Of a stretch of 27,615 nucleotides of DNA, positions 15,718-24,274 are shown one piece after another. The position numbers and the translations under genes are program-made. The notes under the pieces are model-generated. The model had not been told where the DNA came from and did no database searches. It saw only the letters and a list, made by a program, of their open reading frames with translations. The stretch comes from Methanobacteriota archaeon (GTDB lineage: Archaea > Hydrothermarchaeota > Hydrothermarchaeia > Hydrothermarchaeales > JACRDW01). Every line of letters starts with the position of its first letter. Within the stretch, counting starts at the first letter, position 1. The DNA is taken from assembly GCA_043820925.1 (NCBI GenBank), contig JBDRDL010000012.1:1-27615 (forward strand), written 5' to 3'.

Positions 15718-16569
15718 ATGAGCGTATATCCGGCATGTCCGGTAGCAAAGATGGAAAAGCTACTTTTATCAACAGATGGCTCTATATTAAATGAGGGTGC
15801 AGTAAAAGAGGCTATTAATTTAGCAAAGACCTGTGGGAGCAAACTCTTTATTATATCCGTTGTAGAAATACCGGCGTTTGGAGCTGAGTTTGTAGAGACC
15901 CTCCCAAAGATGGTTGAGAAGTTAGAAACGGATACAAGAAGCCTTCTTAAATCATTAAAAGAGAGGGCTGCTAAAGAAGGGGTTTCCTGTGAGGCAGTCA
16001 TGTATCAGGGTGCGGAACCTTACAAATATATCGTGGATGAGGCAGCAAAAAACAATGTCGAGATGATAATCATGGGCAGACGCGGAAAGACGGGGCTTAA
16101 AAGACTCATGATGGGGAGTGTAACTGCAAAAGTCATAGGCTATGCCCCCTGCAAGGTCATGGTTGTACCCAGGAATGCCGGGCTCGCTCTTAAAAAAATC
16201 CTTATTGCTACAGACGGCTCAATATATAGCGAATTAGCATCTCGTGAGGCCATCAGCATTGCAAAACGCACTGGTGGTAGTCTTATCGCCCTTTCCGTTG
16301 CCAAAAAGGATGAAAATCTTCCAATGGCAAGGGAAAGTGTTGATATGGTAAAAAAGGTTGCTGAAAGGGAAGGTATGAAGGTTGAGGCCCTGACCCTGAA
16401 AGGCGAGCCATATGAGGTTATCGTCAAAACTGCAGGTCAAAAAAATGCAGGTCTCATAGTTGTTGGAAGTCATGGAAGGACTGGCATTGAAAGACTTCTA
16501 ATGGGAAGCGTGACAGAAAGGGTTATAGGACATGCAGGCTGTGCGGTTCTGGTAGTAAGAAAGCCATAA
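15718..16569 (+). CDS. tandem two-domain universal stress protein
   Basis: Two USP repeats: TDGS...MGRRGKTGLKRLMMGSVT and TDGS...GSHGRTGIERLLMGSVTERV. Confidence 0.93.
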   Translation: MSVYPACPVAKMEKLLLSTDGSILNEGAVKEAINLAKTCGSKLFIISVVEIPAFGAEFVETLPKMVEKLETDTRSLLKSLKERAAKEGVSCEAVMYQGAEPYKYIVDEAAKNNVEMIIMGRRGKTGLKRLMMGSVTAKVIGYAPCKVMVVPRNAGLALKKILIATDGSIYSELASREAISIAKRTGGSLIALSVAKKDENLPMARESVDMVKKVAEREGMKVEALTLKGEPYEVIVKTAGQKNAGLIVVGSHGRTGIERLLMGSVTERVIGHAGCAVLVVRKP

Positions 16570-16613
16570 AGGGATTATGTAGTTAAAGCACAAGATTAGA
16601 AGAACTAGGACGC

Positions 16614-16694
16614 ATGGCAGCCAAAAAAGAGCTTTTGGGAATGCTGCACGAAGCAATTGATTTTGAAGACCGTGTAATGCTGATAGAGCTTGAG
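16614..16694 (+). repeat. 81-bp direct repeat, copy A (copy B at 17080-17160)
   Basis: 70/81 nt identical by manual alignment, no gaps. Confidence 0.9.
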
Positions 16695-16892
16695 GAGGAA
16701 GCAGGCAAAATCCGAGCTCTCGGATTGGATGTAGAGACCAGACTTGAATTAGGTGATCCTGCAGAAGAGATTGGAGCTGATATGATAGTTCTTGGAGTTC
16801 GTGGAGTGAGCACTTGGAAGAAAATACTGCTCGGAAGCGTATCAGAGAGAGTTTTGAATGAAACAAAGATTCCTGTGTTCATTGTTAGATAA
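16614..16892 (+). pseudogene. chimeric ORF: ferritin-like N-terminus fused to an internally deleted USP C-terminus
   Basis: The first 27 codons duplicate 17080-17160. The remainder, GDPAEEIGADMIVLGVRG...LLGSVSERVL, is USP-like but lacks the helix between EEI and GAD. Confidence 0.7.
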
Positions 16893-16964
16893 CTCTTCAT
16901 ATAGAAGGGCATTCGATTTTTACGTTCACAAAGGCTTCAAAATGCATGGAGACGCTCTCGTAAG

Positions 16965-17038
16965 CGGACCTGCCGGGATTTGAACCCGGGCTTGAAGGTC
17001 CGGAACCTTCTGTCCTGTCCAGGCTAGACTACAGGTCC
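16965..17038 (-). tRNA. tRNA-Arg (anticodon CCG), intronless, CCA not encoded
   Basis: Acceptor stem GGACCTG/CAGGTCC+G; anticodon arm GAAGG-TTCCGGA-CCTTC; T arm CCGGG-TTCAAAT-CCCGG. Confidence 0.95.
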
Positions 17039-17079
17039 ATGCAAATATTTTTATACCTGTGCCTAAATAAGTTACTGTG

Positions 17080-17295
17080 ATGGCAACCAAAAAAGAGCTT
17101 TTAAACATGCTACACGGAGCAATTGATTTTGAAGACCACGTAGTGCTGATTGAGCTTGAGAAATTCGCAGATAGAGTGGAGGGTGAGAAACTCAAGCGAA
17201 CGCTGAAAGAGCTCATCAGGGACACCTCGCGCCACGTTCTGGAGCTTGCCAAACTTATTGAAAAAGTTGAGAAGAGTGAGGAAGATGATTTCTGA
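17080..17295 (+). CDS. small ferritin-like helix-pair protein (degenerate ExxH)
   Basis: AIDFED...LIRDTSRH pattern, 71 aa. Confidence 0.65.
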   Translation: MATKKELLNMLHGAIDFEDHVVLIELEKFADRVEGEKLKRTLKELIRDTSRHVLELAKLIEKVEKSEEDDF

Positions 17296-17476
17296 AGAAA
17301 TGCTGAGAGAGCTGGAGAGATTTTTAAAACGTGAAATTGAAGCAAGAGATACCTATGAAGATATTCTCAAAAAAATAAAGAACAAAGAAATTCGAGAGCG
17401 GCTTTCGTACATTCGAGACGATGAAGTAAAGCACATCTATCTGCTGAAAAAAGCGATGGAAGATGTTATGGCTTAA
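17285..17476 (+). CDS. small ferritin/rubrerythrin-like helix-pair protein
   Basis: REIEARDTY...IRDDEVKH; ATG 17285 overlaps the end of the previous gene; 63 aa. Confidence 0.75.
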   Translation: MISEEMLRELERFLKREIEARDTYEDILKKIKNKEIRERLSYIRDDEVKHIYLLKKAMEDVMA

Positions 17477-17708
17477 CTTCCACCTCGCTGCCAACAGCAT
17501 TCCCGGGCAAGCCTCTTCCAAACTTTGCAAGCAGGCGCTTGCCGTGGATGCGCAGAATTTTTCCTGCAATCGTTTTTCCAGTTTTAGTTTTCCAGACAAC
17601 TTTCTTTCCTATCAAGCTTGCAATATTTTTTTCGCTTGTTTCTATAACTGCATAATTGCTGTACATCTCCCTTCTGCCCCCCCTGAACCCCACGATTTTT
17701 GCATTCAT
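17466..17708 (-). CDS. rpl35ae: 50S ribosomal protein L35Ae (eL33)
   Basis: IVGFRGG, LIGKKVVWK..GK...GKI.RIHG and AKF..GLPG.A.G..V. Confidence 0.9.
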   Translation of the reverse strand: MNAKIVGFRGGRREMYSNYAVIETSEKNIASLIGKKVVWKTKTGKTIAGKILRIHGKRLLAKFGRGLPGNAVGSEVEVKP

Positions 17709-18211
17709 CCTTGAAACCTCCGTAATATTTCCTTCAAAACTCTGTTTCTGTTTGCTTCGTTGATTTCGTAAGTAACAACATCCTTCCTGCGCTTGAGCTC
17801 CTGCACGAGCAGGTGCCTCGATTTATAGTGTATCGCAGCAACTACGCTGCGCCCGCTCTCAAAAACTGCCCTAACTGCCCTAATAAATTTTGTGCTGTGC
17901 AGCTCCATGGGTCCTATCTCATCGATTACTACCAAATCGAAGTCATTTTCGATTGCGCCAGAAAATCTGTCAATGTCGCTGAGATTTACCCCATACTTGC
18001 CGACTCTGGGTCCTTCTTTCTGCGCAACGTGAGCGAGTATTCCCTCGGCTCCGGTTTTAATATCGATTATTTTAAAGCCCTTCCTCTCGCCGCCTTCCCT
18101 TATTTCTTCGCTCAGAATGCCGCCTATCTTTTTATCCTTTAGAGCCTGAATGAGCTTCTTGCAGAGTGTGGTCTTTCCGCAGCCAGGCAAGCCTGTGATT
18201 AGGACTTTCAT
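17705..18211 (-). CDS. nucleoside triphosphatase, THEP1/NTPase_1 family
   Basis: ITGLPGCGKTT, EIREGGERKGF, RVGKYGV and VIDEIGPMEL. Confidence 0.93.
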   Translation of the reverse strand: MKVLITGLPGCGKTTLCKKLIQALKDKKIGGILSEEIREGGERKGFKIIDIKTGAEGILAHVAQKEGPRVGKYGVNLSDIDRFSGAIENDFDLVVIDEIGPMELHSTKFIRAVRAVFESGRSVVAAIHYKSRHLLVQELKRRKDVVTYEINEANRNRVLKEILRRFQG

Positions 18212-18252
18212 GTTTTTCCAATTGATTTATAACCTCGTTGATAATAAATGTG

Positions 18253-18816
18253 ATGGAAATGAAAAACAAAATCGTATTCGTCGGCCGGAGCAACACTGGT
18301 AAGAGCAGCACGATTAGAGCACTCACGGGGGCAGCGCTGAAAGTTGGCAAGAGACCCGGAGTTACGCTAAAGCCCCTTGAAATTCCTTACGGTAATTTCA
18401 AAATCATCGACATGCCGGGCTTCGGATTTATGCAGGGCGTGAGCAAAAAAAGGCAGGATGAAATAAAAGACTTCATCGTCCGCTGCCTCGAAAAAAGCGA
18501 GGATATTCTATTCGCTGTGCAGGTGACAGACGCAAAAGCTTTTGCAGAGATAGCCAAGAGGCACCAAGCAAGGGGCGAGATTCCCGTAGAAATAGAGATG
18601 TTCCAGTTTTTACAGGAGCTGCATCTAAACCCGATTCTGGTTGCGAATAAGATTGATAAAATTGCGAAAAATGAAAGGGAGGGAAAGTTAAACGAGATAT
18701 GCGCTCTCTTAGGTTTGCCTGCGCCCTGGAATAAAGACGTAATAGTTCCATTTTCAGCCAAGACCAAGGAAGGCTTAAAGGATTTAAAAAGGCTGATTAG
18801 GGAAAGAATTAAATAG
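18253..18816 (+). CDS. engB: archaeal EngB/YihA GTP-binding protein
   Basis: GRSNTGKSS, PGVT, DMPGFG, NKID and SAK; the start could be 18253 or 18259. Confidence 0.92.
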   Translation: MEMKNKIVFVGRSNTGKSSTIRALTGAALKVGKRPGVTLKPLEIPYGNFKIIDMPGFGFMQGVSKKRQDEIKDFIVRCLEKSEDILFAVQVTDAKAFAEIAKRHQARGEIPVEIEMFQFLQELHLNPILVANKIDKIAKNEREGKLNEICALLGLPAPWNKDVIVPFSAKTKEGLKDLKRLIRERIK

Positions 18817-18874
18817 GGCTTTTTAAATATTATGATAAAGTGGGTAGGTGGAAATTCTTTTTAGGTGAGTACTC

Positions 18875-20362
18875 ATGAAGACAACTTCGCTATGTCCAGA
18901 ATGCCTATGCAGGATAGAAGCAGAAGTTATTGAAGAGAACGGCAGGGTTATTATGGAGAAGTCCTGCCCTGAGCACGGGGATTTCAAGGACATCTACTGG
19001 AGCGATGCGGAGCTGTACCGCAGGTTCATGAAATTCAACAGCAACGGCAGGGTATTAGCGAATCCGATTACTAAGGAAAAGAAAGGCTGCCCCTATGACT
19101 GCGGCATATGCTCGAACCACAAGTCTGCGACAATCTTGGCGAATATCGATGTAACGAACCGCTGTAATCAGCACTGCCCAATTTGCTTTGCAAACGCAGA
19201 CGAGCAGGGCTACCTATACGAGCCGAGTAAAGAGCAGATTTACAGAATGATGCTCACGCTTAGAAACGAGAAGCCTGCGCCCTGCTCGGTTATACAGTTC
19301 AGCGGCGGTGAGCCGACGGTAAGGGAGGACTTACCAGAATTAATAAAAATGGCAAAGGAGCTGGGCTTCATTCAGATTCAAATTGCAACCAACGGCATAA
19401 GATTGGCGAATAGCGTTGAGTATGTGAAGAAATTGAAGGAAGCTGGTCTAAATACAGTCTATCTGCAGTTCGATGGTCTTACAGAGACACCCTACATTCA
19501 TGCCAGGGGTTACAATGCGCTGCCAAAAAAGCTTGTGGTAATAGAAAACTGCAGGGCAGCGGGACTCAACAGCATTACGCTCGTACCAACTCTCGTGAAG
19601 GGAATCAACGACAACCAAGTCGGAAGCATGATAGATTTCTGCGTTAAAAACAGGGACGTTGTACGTTCGCTGAACGTGCAGCCTGTTTCATTCACCGGCA
19701 GAATAGACAAAAGCGAGCTGGAGAAAAGGAGAATAACAGTTCCTGATTTTCTAGCTCTGGTAGAGGAGCAGACGGGTGGGCAAATAGCCAAAAAGGACTT
19801 CTATCCAATACCCTGCGTAGGTTCGATTTCTCACTTCATAGAGGCATGGAAGGGAAATATCGTACCTTTCCCGAGCTGCCACCCTGCATGCGGGGCTGCG
19901 ACCTTTGTTTTTATTGACGACGGGAGGTTAATCCCCCTCACCAGATTCATCGACATAGACGGAATCTTGGAGCTAACCGAAGAATCTGCCGCAGAGATAA
20001 GCAAAAATGGAAAGCTCGGAAAGGTCTCGGCAATTACGAAGTTCTCGAAAAAATTCCCAAGCCTCGTAGACTACGAGGCAATGCCCAAGTCCAGCATAAT
20101 TCCAAAGCTTGTGATAAAGATATTCAAGGACGGGAGCAGGGAAGCTCTTGCAGAGCTGTTTGAAAATACTCTATTCATCGGATGCATGCATTTCCAGGAT
20201 TTATACAACTTCGACTGCGAAAGAGCAAGCAAATGCGTCATACACTACGCAACTCCCGACGGCAGGGTAATACCATTCTGCACCTACAACACGATACACC
20301 GCAGGGAAGTTGAAAGGAAGTTTGCAAGACCTCTGCAGACGCTGAAGGTAAAAGGTGCATAG
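18875..20362 (+). CDS. tes: radical SAM tetraether lipid synthase (Tes/GDGT-MAS, MJ0619 family)
   Basis: SLCPEC...[35 protein letters not shown] and [28 protein letters not shown]. Confidence 0.85.
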   Translation: MKTTSLCPECLCRIEAEVIEENGRVIMEKSCPEHGDFKDIYWSDAELYRRFMKFNSNGRVLANPITKEKKGCPYDCGICSNHKSATILANIDVTNRCNQHCPICFANADEQGYLYEPSKEQIYRMMLTLRNEKPAPCSVIQFSGGEPTVREDLPELIKMAKELGFIQIQIATNGIRLANSVEYVKKLKEAGLNTVYLQFDGLTETPYIHARGYNALPKKLVVIENCRAAGLNSITLVPTLVKGINDNQVGSMIDFCVKNRDVVRSLNVQPVSFTGRIDKSELEKRRITVPDFLALVEEQTGGQIAKKDFYPIPCVGSISHFIEAWKGNIVPFPSCHPACGAATFVFIDDGRLIPLTRFIDIDGILELTEESAAEISKNGKLGKVSAITKFSKKFPSLVDYEAMPKSSIIPKLVIKIFKDGSREALAELFENTLFIGCMHFQDLYNFDCERASKCVIHYATPDGRVIPFCTYNTIHRREVERKFARPLQTLKVKGA

Positions 20363-20363
20363 A

Positions 20364-20846
20364 ATGGAGCTGAAAACAATAAAAATAGAGAAGCCTGCGG
20401 AGAGCAACATAATTCTCGGGCAGGCACACTTTATCAAGACAGTTGAAGATGTCTACGAGGCTCTTGTAAATTCTGTGCCTAATATTAAATTCGGTCTTGC
20501 ATTCTGCGAGTCTTCTGGACCGTGCTTGATCCGCACCGAGGGCAATGACGAGGAATTAAAAAGCGCAGCGGCAAAGAATGCCCTTACGTTAGCAAGCGGA
20601 CACTGCTTTATAATAATCCTGAAGAACGCCTATCCGATAAACGTACTCAACGCCATAAAGGCAGTGCCTGAGGTTTGCAGCATATACTGCGCAACCGCCA
20701 ACGAGGTCGAGGTAATCATTGCGGAGACGGAACAGGGAAGAGGAATTTTGGGGGTCGTTGACGGCCTGAAGTCGAAGGGGATTGAAAAAGAAAAGGACGT
20801 AAAAGAGAGAAAAGAATTCCTGAGGAAGATTGGTTATAAGCTATGA
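20364..20846 (+). CDS. DUF355 adenosine-specific kinase / AMP-protein transferase family protein
   Basis: [43 protein letters not shown] and FLRKIGYKL. Confidence 0.9.
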   Translation: MELKTIKIEKPAESNIILGQAHFIKTVEDVYEALVNSVPNIKFGLAFCESSGPCLIRTEGNDEELKSAAAKNALTLASGHCFIIILKNAYPINVLNAIKAVPEVCSIYCATANEVEVIIAETEQGRGILGVVDGLKSKGIEKEKDVKERKEFLRKIGYKL

Positions 20847-21589
20847 AAATAAAGGTCGGCTGCTGCGGCTTTCCGGGAGGAATGCAGAGGTACTTTCAGG
20901 ATTTTGAGGTCGCCGAAACCCAGAGCACTTTTTACGACCTGCCGAAGCCTGAGACTGCGCAGAGGTGGAGAGAAAGAGCTCCGCAGAACTTCGAATTCAG
21001 CGTCAAGGCATGGCAGCTTATAACTCATCCTGCAACGAGTCCGACGTACAAAAAAGCAGGAGTAACCGCCGCCAGAGATAAAGAGAAAAACTACGGATTT
21101 TTTAAGGCAACTGAGGAGGTATTTTTTGCCTGGAATGAAACGCTGCAAATATGCGATATTTTGGAAGCAAAAGTAGCTCTATTTCAGTGTCCTGCAAGCT
21201 TCAGAGCTACTCAGGAAAATATCACAAATATGAGAAATTTTTTTAATTCCATCAAGAGAAAAAATCTCAAATTTGCCTGGGAGCCGAGAGGGAAGTGGAA
21301 GAGCGCAACGATTAAAAGCCTGTGCAAGGAGCTGGACGTAATCCACTGTGTCGACCCCTTCATCAGCAAAATCGCCCACGAAAGCGATGCTGCATACTTC
21401 AGACTGCACGGCTCGCAGGGCAAAAAAATGTACTACTACAAGTACACGCCTAGAGATTTGGAATTCTTATTAAAAAAATGTAAAGAAACAAAAGCCAAAG
21501 AGGTTTACTGCCTTTTCAATAACATTTCAATGCACGAAGATGCGCTTGCGTTTAAGAATATGCTCAATTCAAAAATCTTCCGAAGTTAA
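20843..21589 (+). CDS. DUF72 (UPF0759) TIM-barrel protein
   Basis: [33 protein letters not shown] and FNN. Confidence 0.9.
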   Translation: MKIKVGCCGFPGGMQRYFQDFEVAETQSTFYDLPKPETAQRWRERAPQNFEFSVKAWQLITHPATSPTYKKAGVTAARDKEKNYGFFKATEEVFFAWNETLQICDILEAKVALFQCPASFRATQENITNMRNFFNSIKRKNLKFAWEPRGKWKSATIKSLCKELDVIHCVDPFISKIAHESDAAYFRLHGSQGKKMYYYKYTPRDLEFLLKKCKETKAKEVYCLFNNISMHEDALAFKNMLNSKIFRS

Positions 21590-21704
21590 TTCTGCATCTT
21601 TCATTTCTAAATATCATGTGACTGCCGCTTTGTCTCACAAGGAAGAAACCCTTCTTTTTCAGGAGCTTAATAATTTTATCGGCTGTAACTCTCGGCAGCC
21701 TCAT
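21564..21704 (-). pseudogene. hicA: HicA toxin relic (internal deletion with frameshift)
   Basis: MRLPRVTADKIIKLLKKKGFFLVRQSGSHMIFRNE, then the native-looking end [10 protein letters not shown] in another frame; the central VPxH segment is missing. Confidence 0.75.
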
Positions 21705-21736
21705 ACAGTCACTTCTACTTGTGCGAGACTTGTCAT
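21701..21736 (-). pseudogene. C-terminal remnant of a HicB-like antitoxin
   Basis: MTSLAQVEVTV* with an ATGA overlap into the hicA relic, the usual short hicB-hicA junction. Confidence 0.5.
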
Positions 21737-21737
21737 T

Positions 21738-22074
21738 TCAGATTACCCCGCCAGAATCCACGCTCAGCGCCCAGCCGCAGAAGGAGTCTGCGCATTCTCT
21801 GAAGCTATCGTCGCTGCCCCTGCCGAGCTTCAGCTTCTCCTTTGCAGAAAAAATCTAGGAAGCTCGTCGAAAAGATAGTCCTTTCCATTTGTTCTGAAAA
21901 GACCTTCGGGCTTTGAGGTTTTTATTTGTACGCCTGCCCCAAGCTCTCTATATTTGTGAACCTTCCTCCAGCGTAAGGGAGCTTTTCGAATACCGCAACT
22001 TCATTGCCCTGCTTGCGCAAGCTCAGCGCAGCGAGCAAGCCCCCCAAACCAGAGCCGATGACCCCTACCTTCAT
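21738..22074 (-). pseudogene. FAD-dependent (phytoene desaturase-like) oxidoreductase relic
   Basis: MKVGVIGSGLGGLLAALSLRKQGNEVAVFEKLPYAGGRFTNIE, then frameshifted pieces ELGAGVQIKTSKPEGLFRTNGKDYLF and ADSFCGWALSVD. Confidence 0.8.
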
Positions 22075-22120
22075 TCAATCGCCGTTGAATTTATAATGAA
22101 TCATGAATATAAATTTGTAC

Positions 22121-22804
22121 ATGAAACTCGCAGCTCTTATAAGCGGCGGCAAGGACTCGCTGTATGCGATGTATTTAATGGTACTGCAAGGGCATGAAAT
22201 AAAATATCTCCTGGCAGTTCTACCAGAGCGCACCGACAGCTACATGTTTCACCATCCGAATGCAGCTCTTGCAAAGCTTCAGGCAGAGGCTATGGGCATT
22301 CGGATAGTAACCAAGGCTACGAGTGGAGAAAAAGAGATAGAACTGAAAGACCTGCGCTCTCTCATCTCCTGTGTTAAAGGCGAAGTCGAGGGCATCATAA
22401 CAGGAGCTTTAGCTTCTGAATATCAGAAAAAGAGAGTCGAGAGGCTCTGTGAAGAACTCAAGCTCAAATCCCTCGCACCACTCTGGCATAAAGATGCAGA
22501 AAGCTACTGGCGGGAATTGCTCAGCGCTGGCTTTGAGGTCATAGTTACCTCAGTTTCAGCCCAGGGCTTGGACGAATCCTGGCTGGGCAGAAAGATAGAT
22601 TTTCAGGCATTGGAAGAGCTTAAAAAGCTTGCAAAAAAATACCGCTTCCATCTCGGCTTTGAGGGAGGCGAGGCAGAAACATTCGTTTTGGACATGCCGC
22701 TCTTCAGAAAAAAAATCGAAGTTATAAAGGCAAGGAAAGAATGGGATGGAGTAAGGGGAGTTTATATAATTGAAGAAGCGAGGCTTGCGGAGAAAGCTGC
22801 CTAA
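22121..22804 (+). CDS. diphthine--ammonia ligase family PP-loop ATPase (Dph6-like)
   Basis: ISGGKDS, SYMFH.PN, GALASEYQ, PLW and EGGEAETFVLD.PLF. Confidence 0.9.
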   Translation: MKLAALISGGKDSLYAMYLMVLQGHEIKYLLAVLPERTDSYMFHHPNAALAKLQAEAMGIRIVTKATSGEKEIELKDLRSLISCVKGEVEGIITGALASEYQKKRVERLCEELKLKSLAPLWHKDAESYWRELLSAGFEVIVTSVSAQGLDESWLGRKIDFQALEELKKLAKKYRFHLGFEGGEAETFVLDMPLFRKKIEVIKARKEWDGVRGVYIIEEARLAEKAA

Positions 22805-22806
22805 CT

Positions 22807-23487
22807 CTACATCAGCCCCCGCTCCTTCAGACTTACGAACTGTCCGTCCCCGATTATAACATGGTCCAAAACTTTTATGCCGATTATTTCCCCTGCTTCA
22901 AGCAGGCGCTTGGTTAATTCAATGTCATCGCTGCTCGGCGCTGCGTCGCCGCTTGGGTGGTTGTGCGCAAGTATAACTGCAGCCGCAGATTCCAGAATTG
23001 CGCTCTTGAAAACTTCTCTGGGATGGATTATATTCGCATTCAAACTGCCGAGCGAAACTGTCTCTTCCTTCAATAAATGATTTTTTGTGTTTAAGTAGAG
23101 CGCAACGAAGCACTCTTTTTTAAGATTGCGCAGCTTTGGAGAAACGATTGCATAAGCATCGCTGGAAGTTTTGATTTTTGGCTTCAGGGTTTCTGAAAAC
23201 GAGGTCAGTCTCTTGGCAATTTCGAAACAAGCAAGCAGCTGGCAGGCTTTCGCTTCTTTTATCCCCTGGATTGACATCAGCTCTGCAAGGCTGGCTTGGG
23301 AAAGCTGCTTCAGGTTGTATTTCCTCAGCAGCGTGTTAGCGAGGTTGAGGGCATTGCTGTTTTTCGTGCCAGTTCTCAGGAGGATTGCGAGCAGCTCTGC
23401 GCCGCCCAGGTTCTCTGCGCCATGCTTAATCAGCCTCTCCCTGGGTCTCTCGCTCTCTGGCAAGTCCAAAAGCTTGTATTCATGCAT
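22807..23487 (-). CDS. radC: RadC (JAB/MPN domain) protein
   Basis: ERPRERL, ELLAILLRTG, HPREVFK, HNHPSGD..PS.DD and LDHVIIG. Confidence 0.95.
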   Translation of the reverse strand: MHEYKLLDLPESERPRERLIKHGAENLGGAELLAILLRTGTKNSNALNLANTLLRKYNLKQLSQASLAELMSIQGIKEAKACQLLACFEIAKRLTSFSETLKPKIKTSSDAYAIVSPKLRNLKKECFVALYLNTKNHLLKEETVSLGSLNANIIHPREVFKSAILESAAAVILAHNHPSGDAAPSSDDIELTKRLLEAGEIIGIKVLDHVIIGDGQFVSLKERGLM

Positions 23488-23636
23488 TTCAATCGATTTG
23501 AACTTAACGAAATAGTAGATTAAATTTTGGTGAGAGCACCAGAAAAGTAATTTCTGCTCCAGCTTGTGCTGGGGCGCTGGGAGTTTGATAGGGCTGCAGA
23601 GTAAAATTTATCTTCATCGCTATGTTATAGTTAATT

Positions 23637-24164
23637 ATGAAGCCGCTCTATATTCTTGCTGCGGAGGAGCGATTGAAGGGACAACCGCCGAGGCATGCGA
23701 AGGTTTACAAGGACGACATCTCGGTTTTCGAAGCTGACATGATTTACATTAGAAACTACCTGCTCGCAAATGGAAGCCAAAGCTTGGGCGACATTGCGGA
23801 GGCTACAGGAATACCCAAAGCTACCGTGCAGAAGATGCTCTCCCCGCTTGGAATAAGAAGGGTCTATAACCAGCGTCAGCTGGAAAGAATGAAAGCTAGG
23901 AACAGCAAGAGGTACTATAGGATTATAGCCGAGCACACGGGAATAGTTAGAGACGAAAATGGAAGATGGAAGGGTTTAGAATATCGAGAAAGCGACAGGG
24001 AGCGCTTCAAGAAGTGGCTTCTCGACAAGGGCTACATGCTTCTTGATTACTACAACAAAGACGGAGACCTGAACTTCGCAATAGTGAAATTCCCACAGGA
24101 CGTCGAGGAAGAGCTTGCAATGTTTTATTCGCACAGGTTTTTCCGTATACCCATAGAATTGTGA
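23637..24164 (+). CDS. hypothetical protein with a helix-turn-helix motif
   Basis: SLGDIAEATGIPKATVQKML; followed by a T8 tract at ~24180. Confidence 0.65.
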   Translation: MKPLYILAAEERLKGQPPRHAKVYKDDISVFEADMIYIRNYLLANGSQSLGDIAEATGIPKATVQKMLSPLGIRRVYNQRQLERMKARNSKRYYRIIAEHTGIVRDENGRWKGLEYRESDRERFKKWLLDKGYMLLDYYNKDGDLNFAIVKFPQDVEEELAMFYSHRFFRIPIEL

Positions 24165-24274
24165 GAAGGTGTATTAAGCTTTTTTTTACTTGTAATCGTT
24201 GCCTTCAATTTCAAAATCACTTTTCCCATGGACTTGCCAAGTTTTTATATAATAGCAGGGCAATATTTTTTAGC

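Noticed and set aside
16926..17345. 139-aa minus-strand ORF across the tRNA
   Set aside because: A shadow of the tRNA and antisense of the ferritin-like genes.
21540..22197. Plus-strand ORFs 21540-21878 and 21913-22197
   Set aside because: Antisense shadows of the minus-strand pseudogenes.
23533..23582. Two small adjacent hairpins between radC and the HTH gene
   Set aside because: Stems of only 6-7 bp and no recognisable RNA family.
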